DNA of 64,000 nucleotides, from the NCBI GenBank assembly GCA_963746845.1, contig CAVVCZ010000004.1, forward strand, positions 768,001 to 832,000, in the 5' to 3' direction. The stretch comes from an uncultured Chloroflexia bacterium. GTDB taxonomy: Bacteria > Chloroflexota > Limnocylindria > Limnocylindrales > CSP1-4. Below the pieces are notes generated by a model. The model made no database searches. It had not been told where the DNA came from and saw only the letters and a program-made list of their open reading frames with translations. A program made the position numbers and the translations under genes. Below, in pieces: positions 46,885-55,467 of the stretch; position 1 is the stretch's first letter; each line of letters begins with the position of its first letter.

Positions 46885-47763
46885 TCAGGCCCGGGCGGCC
46901 CGGATCCCGTCCAGTACGACCGCGAACGAGGCCGGTGTCGACGGCTGGACCGCGACCTGCAGGTGGTCGGCCCCGACGGCGCGCCACTCCTCCAGGGCGG
47001 CGGCGATCGCACCGACGTCGAGCGGCAGGGCGCTCGGTCCGCCGCCACGTTCGTCGACCTCGACCCCGACGGTCACCCGGAGGGTTGACGGGTCGCGTCC
47101 CTCGGCCGCGCAGGCCGCGAGCAGGTCTGCGTGGCGCCCCCGGTAGCGATCGTCCGGCCGCCCGAACCATGCGGTCTGCCACAGGTCCGCGTGACGAGCC
47201 GTGAGGCGCAGCATCCGCTCGCCCTTGGCCGCGACGAGGATGGGGAGGTCCGGCCGGATGGGCGTGGGGCGGATCTCCGCGTCCTGCACCTGGCTGTACC
47301 GGCCGTCGAGCGTGACGCGCTCGCCATGGACGAGCGGGACGATGATCCGGAGCGCCTCCTCGAACCGCCCGACGCGATGGTCGAACGGGTAGCCGAACGC
47401 CTCGTACTCCGGCTCGTGCCAGCCACACCCGAGACCGAGGATCACCCGTCCGCCGGACACGTCATCGACCGTGGCCGCCATCTTCGCGAGGAGCCCGGCC
47501 GGCCGGAACGACGTCGCGAGCACGAGCGTCCCGAGCTCGACCCGGCGGGTCGTGGCCGCGAGCGCGCTCAGCAGGGTCCACGCCTCGTGGTAGCCCGTCT
47601 CGGAGCCGATCGGCGCGTCCGCTTCGCGGTAGAAGAAGTGGTCGCTCAGCCAGAGGCTGTCGGCCCCGCCGTCCTCGGCCTGCCGGGCGAGGCCGAGGAT
47701 GTCCGTCCAGGTGCCGCCCGCGCCGTCCTCGGCCGCCTGCGGCAGCATCAGCCCGATCTGCAT
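46885..47763 (-). CDS. LLM-class (probably F420-dependent) oxidoreductase
   Basis: SLWLSDHF, EAWTLLSALAATT, LAKMAATVD.VSGGR..LGLGCGWHEPE. Confidence 0.9.
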   Translation of the reverse strand: MQIGLMLPQAAEDGAGGTWTDILGLARQAEDGGADSLWLSDHFFYREADAPIGSETGYHEAWTLLSALAATTRRVELGTLVLATSFRPAGLLAKMAATVDDVSGGRVILGLGCGWHEPEYEAFGYPFDHRVGRFEEALRIIVPLVHGERVTLDGRYSQVQDAEIRPTPIRPDLPILVAAKGERMLRLTARHADLWQTAWFGRPDDRYRGRHADLLAACAAEGRDPSTLRVTVGVEVDERGGGPSALPLDVGAIAAALEEWRAVGADHLQVAVQPSTPASFAVVLDGIRAARA

Positions 47764-47804
47764 CGGCGGAGTCTAGCTCTTGACGTCGTCGCGACGATGG
47801 ACAC

Positions 47805-48161
47805 GTGGCGACGACGCAACCGATCGAGCGCTGGACCGGCCCCGAGACGCGCCCGGCCGGCATCGCCCACGGCCTCGGCCACGTCGTCGTCTACGGCAAT
47901 CCGGCCTTCGAGGCCATGTTCGGTGCCCGCTCGATCGGACTGCCGGCCCGCGAGACCATGGTCGACCTGCCGCCCGAGGCGTTCGCGCTGTTCGACGCCG
48001 TGCTCCGGGAAGGTCGCCCGCTGGCCCGCTGGATCCGGCGCGACGGTCGCGACTGGCGGCTGACCGCCGTACCGCGCCGCGAGCTCGACACCGACGAGGT
48101 CTTCGGCCTCGCGTTCCATCTCCGCGAGCGGGACGACCTGCCGATCCTGCCGCCCGGCTGA
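47805..48161 (+). CDS. Hypothetical protein, possible stand-alone PAS-like domain
   Basis: VVYGNPAFEAMFG...GLPARE...FDAVLREGRP pattern. Confidence 0.55.
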   Translation: MATTQPIERWTGPETRPAGIAHGLGHVVVYGNPAFEAMFGARSIGLPARETMVDLPPEAFALFDAVLREGRPLARWIRRDGRDWRLTAVPRRELDTDEVFGLAFHLRERDDLPILPPG

Positions 48162-48163
48162 TC

Positions 48164-48877
48164 TCAGGCCCGGCCGCGACCCGGCTTCGGAACCTCGATG
48201 AGGATGGGCCGGCCGTCGCCGTCGACGATCCGCCAGCGCACCCCGAGCGCCTCGTCACGGCCGTCCGCGAGCAGGGCGACGACCTCCGCGGCTGACGCGT
48301 CCGCGGGCAGCACCCCGAGACGCCCGGCGATCGCGTGTGCCGCGAGCGCCGGGACGCCGCCCGCCAGGTCGCGTCGGACGATCGACTCCGCGTCCTCCAC
48401 ACCGTCCGCCTCGAGCCGCTCGATCAGTCGCCGGGCACGGCCGCGGTCGGCTCCGTCGAGATCGCGCATCCAGGTCGGCTCGGCGGGCTCCTCGTCGCCG
48501 TTCGGCGGCTTGACGGGCTTCGACGGCGCGGGGCGTGACGGGCGGGCGGCGGGCGGCGATTCCGCTCGCTTCGTCGACCGCGTCGGCGTCGGGGTCGGCG
48601 GCGCCTCGCGTTGTCGCTCCAGCCGGGCGGCCAGCGGAGAGGACGCCGGCTCACTTGTCCGTGCCGCGGCGATCGCGGCCTTCGCGTCGGTCAGGCTCCG
48701 GAACGGGCCGCGCACGAGCGGCAGCCCGAGCTCATCGGTCGCCTCGGCGTCGACGACGGCCCACGTCCCGGACTGGGGCTCGATCGTGAACCGCTCGTCA
48801 CGCGTCTGCCACCGCCCGCCCCCGAGCCGCCTGAGGGACTCGTCCGCGTCCGGCGGGTCGCTTTTTGCCGGACTCAC
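48164..48877 (-). CDS. Hypothetical protein
   Basis: GTGA-coupled to DUF952; two globular parts joined by a Pro-rich linker. Confidence 0.65.
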   Translation of the reverse strand: MSPAKSDPPDADESLRRLGGGRWQTRDERFTIEPQSGTWAVVDAEATDELGLPLVRGPFRSLTDAKAAIAAARTSEPASSPLAARLERQREAPPTPTPTRSTKRAESPPAARPSRPAPSKPVKPPNGDEEPAEPTWMRDLDGADRGRARRLIERLEADGVEDAESIVRRDLAGGVPALAAHAIAGRLGVLPADASAAEVVALLADGRDEALGVRWRIVDGDGRPILIEVPKPGRGRA

Positions 48878-49215
48878 CCGCTGGCCTCGAAGGGGAGGTA
48901 CTCACCGTCCGCATCCCGGGGCATCGGCCGGGCGTCGAGGATCGCCGTTCGATCGATCGGCCCGAAGACGTGCGGATAGATCCCGCCCGGGTCCTCGACC
49001 CGCCACGGGCTCGTCACCCGGTCCAGGTCGATCGTGAGGATGACGAACGCCCGCGGATCGTCGCGGTAGTGCCGGTTCGCCGTCGCGACCATCTCGGTCG
49101 CCCCCGTCGTGCAGTGGATGAAGCCCTCGTCGTCGAGCGACGGGGCGCCGAGCGCGCCGTCGGGATCTGCGGATGACCACCACTCGACCGGCGTGAGGTG
49201 GTACGTCCGGTTCAC
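48874..49215 (-). CDS. DUF952 domain protein
   Basis: SLDDEGFIHC, VANRHY-like, YPHVFGPI. Confidence 0.88.
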   Translation of the reverse strand: MNRTYHLTPVEWWSSADPDGALGAPSLDDEGFIHCTTGATEMVATANRHYRDDPRAFVILTIDLDRVTSPWRVEDPGGIYPHVFGPIDRTAILDARPMPRDADGEYLPFEASG

Positions 49216-49230
49216 GTTCGCGAGGCCTCG

Positions 49231-51126
49231 TCAGCCGGCGCTGTCGCCGGCTCCGGCAAACGGCTCGTCGGGGTGGATCCAGCCACGGTCCAGGACCACC
49301 TGGATGACCGTCGGCCGGTCGTTCGCCATCGCCTGGCGGAGCGCCACCTCGAGTGCCGCGTCGGTCTCGACCCGGATGCCGCGGGCGCCACAGGCCCGCG
49401 CCACAGCCGTGAAATCGATCGACCCGAGATCGGTCGCGATCGCCCCGTCCGGTCCCCCGCCCCGGCGGTCCTGGTGCATCCGGATCGTGCCGTAGCGCTC
49501 GTTGTCGAAGACGACCGCGATCACCCTGGCCTTCTCGCGGACCGCCGTCTCGAGCTCCGCCATCGTCATCGCGAAGCCTCCGTCGCCGGCGAATGCGACG
49601 ACCGTGCGGTCGCGGTGGACCAGCGCCGCGGCGATCGCCGCCGGCAGGGCGTAGCCCATCGCTCCCGACGTCGGCCCCAGGAACGTCCCCGGCCGCCGGA
49701 ACCGGAAGTGGCGCGCCACCCAGAGCCCGAAGTTCCCGGCGTCCGTCGTGACGATCGTGTCGTCGGGCAGGACGCGCCTCGCCGTCGCGATCGCGTGGGC
49801 CGGATGCACGCCGGGGCCGGTCCACGGACTCTCGTCGACCTCCGTGGCCGCCTCCCAGGCCGTCCGATCCGCGTCATTGCCGGCCTGTCGCTCGTCAGCG
49901 GACGCGGCATCCAGCACGCCCTGCTGGAGACGCACCACCGCGGCCCGCAGGAACGCACGGGCGTCGGCCCGGATGGACTGCCTGGGTGCCGGCAGGCCGG
50001 CCCGGCCGTCGAGCGGCTCGACGTCGACGTGCATCCACGCCTGTCCATCGGCCGGGATCGTGTAGCCGAACGACGTGACCTCCGACAGGCGGCAGCCGAG
50101 GACGAGGAGCGCGTCCGCCCCGGCGAGGCGGTCCCGCACGACGGATGGGCTCCCGTAGCCGGCCATCCCGAGGTAGAGCGGGTGGTCGTTCGAGATGACG
50201 TCGCCGCGACGCCAGCCGGCGATCACCGGCACGCGGAGCAGCTCGGCAAGGCGAAGGAGCTCCGACGAGGTCCGGGCACGAAGGACGCCGCCACCGGCGA
50301 GGATCACGGGCCGCCTGGCCGTGGCCAGGAACTGGATCGCGGCCCGGACCTCGTCCGGCTCGGGACGCGCCGGGGCCGGTCGCGACGCGTCGAGCGTCGT
50401 CCCGACCGGCAGGAGCTCGTCGATCAGGTCCTCGGGCACCGAGAGATAGGCGGGGCCGGGCCGGGCCGCGAGCGCTGCCCGAACCGCGTCGCCGACGGCT
50501 GCCGGAACGTCGTCGATCGTCGTCAGCTCGACCGCGTGGGCGGCGAGGCCGCCGATCGTCGCGGTCTGGTCGATCTCCTGGAAGGCCTCGCGCCCCAGGA
50601 ATTTTCGGTCGACCTGCCCGACGAGCACGAACATCGGCGACGAATCCTGGCGGGCCGTGTGGATCCCGATCGCGAGGTTCGCGGCGCCGACCGCGCGGGT
50701 CCCGAGGGCAGCGGCCGGGCGCCCGGTCAGCTGGCCGTGGGCCTCGGCCATGAACGCGGCCGCGCCTTCGTGGCGGGTCGCGACGACCCGGATCCCGGCC
50801 GCCTGCAGACCCTCGAGGAGGCCGAGGAAGCTCTCGCCGGGGACCGTGAAGGCATAGCGCACGCCGGCGGCCCGCAGGGCATCCGCGATGAACCGGCCGA
50901 CCGTGCGCGGGGCCTCGGACTCGGGCGGCGTGTCCGGCTCGACGGGCATGTCGGTCTCGGCCGATGCCTCGGGCTCGGCCGGCGCCGCCGGCTCGGCTGG
51001 CGCCTCCGGCTCGGCCGGTGCCTCCGGTTCGACCGACGTCTCCGGTTCGCTCGACAGCACCGGCTCCTCGCCACCCAGGCCGTCCGCCTCGTCCGTCGCG
51101 CCCCCGATCGTCCGCTCGTCGACCAT
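49231..51126 (-). CDS. Thiamine pyrophosphate-binding enzyme (acetolactate synthase-like)
   Basis: VPGESFL, RHEGAAAFMAEA, GAMGYALP, GDGGFAM...FDNERYG; acidic repetitive N-terminus. Confidence 0.9.
   Translation of the reverse strand: MVDERTIGGATDEADGLGGEEPVLSSEPETSVEPEAPAEPEAPAEPAAPAEPEASAETDMPVEPDTPPESEAPRTVGRFIADALRAAGVRYAFTVPGESFLGLLEGLQAAGIRVVATRHEGAAAFMAEAHGQLTGRPAAALGTRAVGAANLAIGIHTARQDSSPMFVLVGQVDRKFLGREAFQEIDQTATIGGLAAHAVELTTIDDVPAAVGDAVRAALAARPGPAYLSVPEDLIDELLPVGTTLDASRPAPARPEPDEVRAAIQFLATARRPVILAGGGVLRARTSSELLRLAELLRVPVIAGWRRGDVISNDHPLYLGMAGYGSPSVVRDRLAGADALLVLGCRLSEVTSFGYTIPADGQAWMHVDVEPLDGRAGLPAPRQSIRADARAFLRAAVVRLQQGVLDAASADERQAGNDADRTAWEAATEVDESPWTGPGVHPAHAIATARRVLPDDTIVTTDAGNFGLWVARHFRFRRPGTFLGPTSGAMGYALPAAIAAALVHRDRTVVAFAGDGGFAMTMAELETAVREKARVIAVVFDNERYGTIRMHQDRRGGGPDGAIATDLGSIDFTAVARACGARGIRVETDAALEVALRQAMANDRPTVIQVVLDRGWIHPDEPFAGAGDSAG
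50911..51048 (-). repeat. In-frame 18-bp tandem repeats encoding (EPEAPA)-like hexapeptides
   Basis: EPETSV-EPEAPA-EPEAPA-EPAAPA-EPEASA-ETDMPV-EPDTPP-ESEAP. Confidence 0.75.
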
Positions 51127-51230
51127 CAGTGCAGGACCGGCGCGGCGACCATCGAGGCCACCAGGCCGAGGACGATCACCACCGTGACGGCGATCATCAC
51201 GACCCGCGCATAGCGCGCTCCGGGCATCAT
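51126..51230 (-). CDS. 34-aa single-TM microprotein MMPGARYARVVMIAVTVVIVLGLVASMVAAPVLH
   Basis: Not in the ORF track. Starts 8 nt after the yajQ stop; its TGA overlaps the ATG of the TPP enzyme (TGATG). Confidence 0.7.
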   Translation of the reverse strand: MMPGARYARVVMIAVTVVIVLGLVASMVAAPVLH

Positions 51231-51238
51231 CGACGCGG

Positions 51239-51733
51239 CTACCGGTAGTTCTCGAACTGGAGCGGGACGGGGACGTCCTCGAGGCCGCGCAGCCGGACGA
51301 TCACCTTCTGGAGCTCGTCCTTGCTCTTCCCGGACACGCGCACCGCATCGCCCTGGATCTGCGACTTCACCTTCGGGAACTCGTCCCGGATCAGCTTGGT
51401 GATCTTCTTCGCCAGCTCGTCGTTCAGGCCGCGCCGGAGCGTGATCACCTGGCGGACCTTGTTGCCGCCGGCCGGCTCGACCTTGCCCCAGTCGAAGATC
51501 TTCAGCGACAGGTTGCGGCGAACGGCCTTCGACTCGATCAGGTCCTTGATCGCCGCGGCGCGGTGCTCGTCGTCGGTCACGAGGACGAGCTCGTCCTTGC
51601 CCTGGGTCAGGTCGACCGTCACGCCCTTGAAGTCGTAGCGCTGGCCGGCCTCGCGCCGGACCTGGTCGAGGGCGTTGCGCAGCTCCTGCTCGTCGAAGTC
51701 GCTGACGACGTCGAAGGAAACGTCTCCGGCCAT
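51239..51733 (-). CDS. yajQ: YajQ family nucleotide/c-di-GMP-binding protein
   Basis: SFDVVS...QELRNALDQ...RYDFKG...SQIQGDAVRVSGKSKDELQ...LQFENYR. Confidence 0.95.
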   Translation of the reverse strand: MAGDVSFDVVSDFDEQELRNALDQVRREAGQRYDFKGVTVDLTQGKDELVLVTDDEHRAAAIKDLIESKAVRRNLSLKIFDWGKVEPAGGNKVRQVITLRRGLNDELAKKITKLIRDEFPKVKSQIQGDAVRVSGKSKDELQKVIVRLRGLEDVPVPLQFENYR

Positions 51734-51820
51734 GGGCCTCCCTGTCGAGTGCTGGGACGACGGCGCCGTGATGCGGACGGCGCGTCCGCGGGGTGGCCTC
51801 CAGTATGCCTTGGAACGCGG

Positions 51821-53380
51821 TCAGCGGTTCGCGAGCGCCTCCAGCAGGAGCTCGCCGATCCGGTAGCTCCGGCCGCCGCCCAGGACCAGCACGGCGTCGC
51901 CGGTCCGGACCTCACCCGCGAGCCAGCGCGCCGTGTCCTCCACGGATCCCGGCGCGCCGAGCGGGATCGACGCATTGCGGTGCCCGACCGCTTCCGCAAG
52001 CGACGCTGCCGACACCACGGTGGTGTCCGTGTCGCGTCCGAACCAGATGTCGGCGATCGCGACCGCGTCCGCGGTTGCCAGGACGTCCGCGAAGGCGTCG
52101 AGCATCGCGGCCGTCCGGTGGTACGTCAGCGGCTCGTAGACCGCCCACAGGCGGCGGCCCGGGGCCCGCTGGCGGACCGCGGCGAGCGTCTCGCGGATCG
52201 CGGTCGGGTGATGACCGTAGTCGTCGAAGACGACGACCCCCGCGGCCTCGCCGAGCCGTTCGAGGCGCCGCCCGATGCCGGGGAACGTCGACAGGGCCTT
52301 GCCGATCGTGTCGTGCCGCACGCCGGCCGCACTCGCCGCGGCGATAACGCCGAGTGCGTTCGCGGCGTTGTGACGGCCGGCCGTGGGGAGCCGGACCTCC
52401 CCGGGCTCGCCGACGCCGCCCATCCCCGACACGAGGATCGTGGTCCCGGCGGGGTCCTCTGCCACGATTCTGCCGACCGTCGTCCCCGCGGACCCGGCAG
52501 CTGTCGCGAACTCCTCCGAGATCGTCGTCAAGGCCCGCTCCCAGGACGCCGCGTCGTCGACGAGCGAGGTCGCCCGGATGAGACCGCCCCAGTCGCGCAG
52601 GCCTCCGGCCAGGGCTGCAGCGCCCGGATCCGCGACGTTGATCACGGCGATCGGCGGCTCACCGGACCGGGCGGCTGCTCGGAGCCAGCGATCGAGCGCC
52701 GCGACGACCGCCTCGCGATCGGCGAACACGTCGGGGTGATCCCAGTCGGCCGAGGTCACGATCGCGATCGCCGGGCGATACGCGTCGAAGTTGCCGGCGT
52801 ACTCGTCGGCCTCGACGACGAACGCCGCCCCGGAGCCGCGCCGCGCCGTGGCCGGGAGGCCACCGGTGAGCGAGGAAGGAAGCAGGGCCCCGACGAACGC
52901 CGATGGATCGGCCCCGGCCTCGACGAGCACATGCGTGAGCCAGCCGGCGCACGTGCTCTTCCCGTGCGTGCCCGCGACGCCGATCAGGGTCCGGTCGACG
53001 GCCGAATCCGCGATCACCTGCTGCCACGGCTCGATCGGGATGCCGGCGGCGCGTGCCGCGAGCAGCTCCGGGTGGTCCGGTGCGACGGCCGTGAGCGCCT
53101 TCGTCACCGCGAGCCGGTTCGGTTGTGGCGTCCGCGTGACGTGAGCGGGATCGTGCTCCCAGGCAAGGGGGATCCCGAGGTCCGTGATCGCGGTCGTGTA
53201 CGGCGAGGGGCCGCCCGGGTCGCAGCCGTCGACCGCCGCGCCGGCCCACGCCGCGTGGAGGACCGCCGCGCTCGCCCCGGCTCCCGCCGCTCCGACCACG
53301 TGGATCCGCTCCCCGTGGGCGATGCGGCGCGGCTCGCGAACGGGGTCCAGACCGGCCTCGGGATGCGCGGTCGTCGTCAC
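51821..53380 (-). CDS. murC: Mur ligase, MurC/Mpl-like
   Basis: VAGTHGKST, VEADEY, WDHPD, GRHNAAN, GIGRRLE, DDYGHHPTAI. Confidence 0.8.
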   Translation of the reverse strand: MTTTAHPEAGLDPVREPRRIAHGERIHVVGAAGAGASAAVLHAAWAGAAVDGCDPGGPSPYTTAITDLGIPLAWEHDPAHVTRTPQPNRLAVTKALTAVAPDHPELLAARAAGIPIEPWQQVIADSAVDRTLIGVAGTHGKSTCAGWLTHVLVEAGADPSAFVGALLPSSLTGGLPATARRGSGAAFVVEADEYAGNFDAYRPAIAIVTSADWDHPDVFADREAVVAALDRWLRAAARSGEPPIAVINVADPGAAALAGGLRDWGGLIRATSLVDDAASWERALTTISEEFATAAGSAGTTVGRIVAEDPAGTTILVSGMGGVGEPGEVRLPTAGRHNAANALGVIAAASAAGVRHDTIGKALSTFPGIGRRLERLGEAAGVVVFDDYGHHPTAIRETLAAVRQRAPGRRLWAVYEPLTYHRTAAMLDAFADVLATADAVAIADIWFGRDTDTTVVSAASLAEAVGHRNASIPLGAPGSVEDTARWLAGEVRTGDAVLVLGGGRSYRIGELLLEALANR

Positions 53381-53426
53381 GACCGGATGATCGCCGACCG
53401 GGGAGCCCGGCCGCGCGGCGACGCCG

Positions 53427-53918
53427 TCACGCGTCCGGCAATCGCGCGAGGATCGCCTCGAGGACCGCGATGGCGCTGTCCCGGCGGTTGGCGGCCCGAT
53501 CGCCTGGCCAGACGACCCGCCGGACGTCCACGCCCCGGTCGTCGGCGACGCCGATGTAGGTCAGCCCCACGGGCTTCTCCGCCGAGCCGCCGTCCGGACC
53601 GGCGATCCCGGTCACGGACGCCGCGACGGAAGCCCCGAACCGCGCTCGCGCGCCATCGGCCATCGCCCGCGCGACCTGCGCGCTCACGGCGCCGTGTGCC
53701 ACCAGGACGGCGGCATCGACACCGAGGAGGTCGCGCTTTGCCTCGTCGGCGTACGACACCACTCCGCCGAGGAAGTACCCGCTCGAGCCCGGGACGGCGG
53801 TCAGCGCCGCAGCCACCATCCCTCCCGTGCACGACTCCGCCAGCGCGACGGTGGCGCCGGACCGGAGGCAGGCGGCCTGCAGCCGCTCGGCCAGCTGGAC
53901 GAGCGGGTCGTCCGTCAC
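53427..53918 (-). CDS. cinA: CinA C-terminal / PncC nicotinamide mononucleotide deamidase
   Basis: AESCTGG, PGSSGYFLGGVVSY, HGAVS, TGIAGPDGG..EKPVG. Confidence 0.92.
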   Translation of the reverse strand: MTDDPLVQLAERLQAACLRSGATVALAESCTGGMVAAALTAVPGSSGYFLGGVVSYADEAKRDLLGVDAAVLVAHGAVSAQVARAMADGARARFGASVAASVTGIAGPDGGSAEKPVGLTYIGVADDRGVDVRRVVWPGDRAANRRDSAIAVLEAILARLPDA

Positions 53919-53919
53919 C

Positions 53920-55347
53920 CTACTGGTGCTGCGTGAGCACGGGCGCGGCGGGCGGCTTGAACAGCCACGTCTCGGGGATCCCGCGCTTGCCGAGGGCGCC
54001 GAGTGACTGCCCGTTCAGCGTGAACTGCGTCGCGCCGGACGACCCCGTCCGGACCTCGACGGAGTCCTTGCCGCTGAACGTCAGGACGGTGCCGGCCGCG
54101 TAGGTCCGGCCGGCCCGACCGACCGTCGGGTCGAGCTGCCCGTCGACCCAGACCTTGATCCAGGCCGGGCCGCCCTTGATCGCGACGACGAGGTTCACGC
54201 CCTTGTACGCGACCTGGACGTGGCGCGTCTGCGACGCGGATTTGCCGGCCTCGTTCGACGCCGTGACGGTGATCGACCAGCGGCCCGTCGTGAGCTGGAG
54301 CGGGCTGTCGGCGGTGTCCCAGGTGCCGTCGTCGGCAACCTTGATCGTGATCGGGGCCGGGGCGGGTGGGCCGGCGGGCGGGGCGCTCGACTTCGTGCCG
54401 GCCGCCGGCGCGCCGGCGACCGGACCGTCGTACGCGGCGGTGATCGTGACCTGGTTCGCGTTCTGGGCGGTTCCCTGGACCGGGATCGCGCCGTTCTCGA
54501 ACGTCGTGCCCTCGGCGGGCTGGTCGACGGTCAGCGACGGGGCCTGGATCTCCTGGAACGGGACCGTGATGACGATCTGGACCGGCGATTCCGCATGCTT
54601 GCCCGTGTCCGGGTCGATCGCATCGATCTTGAACTCGTTCTTCCCGCGCCGGACGTCCACGGGCATCGTCCACGCTCCGGTCGAATCGGCGGACGTCTGT
54701 CGGGTTCCGCCCGCGAGCTCGACGCTGACCGTGGCGCCGGGGATCGACGTGCCCTCGAGCGTGAACGTCGTCGCGTCCTGGGTCAGCACGACCGTGGCCT
54801 CGCGCGGGCTCGTGACGTCGAGGGTCGGCGGCTTCGCGAACCGCATCACCTGGACCCCGAGCCAGACGCCGATCGCGACGATCAGGATCGTCAGGAGCGC
54901 CGCGACGACGACGCCCGGCGAGAACTGGAGACCGGGCCGTGGCTGGGCGATCGGCTTGGGGACGGCGAGGACGTTCTTCGGGGCCGGAGCGGCCCCGCGC
55001 TCGCGGCGCCACTGGGCGATGACCTCCTCGGGGTCGAGCCCGAGATAGACCGCGTAGTTGCGCAGGAAGCCCTTCGTGTAGACGTCGCCCTGGAGCTCGC
55101 CGTACTCGCCCTGCTCGAGGGCCGCGAGGTAGCGCGCCCGGATCTTCGTGTCGCGCTCGGCGCGGTAGAGATCGACGCCCTTCCGCTCGCGCGCGGCATA
55201 CAGGCGTTCGGGAAGGCTGAGGGCGGCGGAGCCGGCGGCGGATCGCTCGGCGTCGCGGCGATCGGCGTCATCCCGTCCGGATCCGAGCCGAAGCCCGTCC
55301 GGACGGGTCGTGGCCGCCCCCCGTCGCACGTCGTCGCGTGTCGTCAT
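53920..55347 (-). CDS. rodZ: RodZ-like protein (XRE-type HTH, TM, Ig-like repeats, DUF4115)
   Basis: RDTKIRARYLAALEQG...YTKGFLRNYA.YLGLD; one TM; AWIKVWVDG C-terminus; follows ftsK. Confidence 0.8.
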   Translation of the reverse strand: MTTRDDVRRGAATTRPDGLRLGSGRDDADRRDAERSAAGSAALSLPERLYAARERKGVDLYRAERDTKIRARYLAALEQGEYGELQGDVYTKGFLRNYAVYLGLDPEEVIAQWRRERGAAPAPKNVLAVPKPIAQPRPGLQFSPGVVVAALLTILIVAIGVWLGVQVMRFAKPPTLDVTSPREATVVLTQDATTFTLEGTSIPGATVSVELAGGTRQTSADSTGAWTMPVDVRRGKNEFKIDAIDPDTGKHAESPVQIVITVPFQEIQAPSLTVDQPAEGTTFENGAIPVQGTAQNANQVTITAAYDGPVAGAPAAGTKSSAPPAGPPAPAPITIKVADDGTWDTADSPLQLTTGRWSITVTASNEAGKSASQTRHVQVAYKGVNLVVAIKGGPAWIKVWVDGQLDPTVGRAGRTYAAGTVLTFSGKDSVEVRTGSSGATQFTLNGQSLGALGKRGIPETWLFKPPAAPVLTQHQ

Positions 55348-55467
55348 TGAATCCCGTCCTCGGCGGCCGAACCCGCTCGCGCGCCGGCGGCTGACCTACC
55401 GGGGAAGGATACCCCGACCTCGCCGGATATCGACAGGACGGGGATGGGCCGATCGTCCTCCCCCGGT

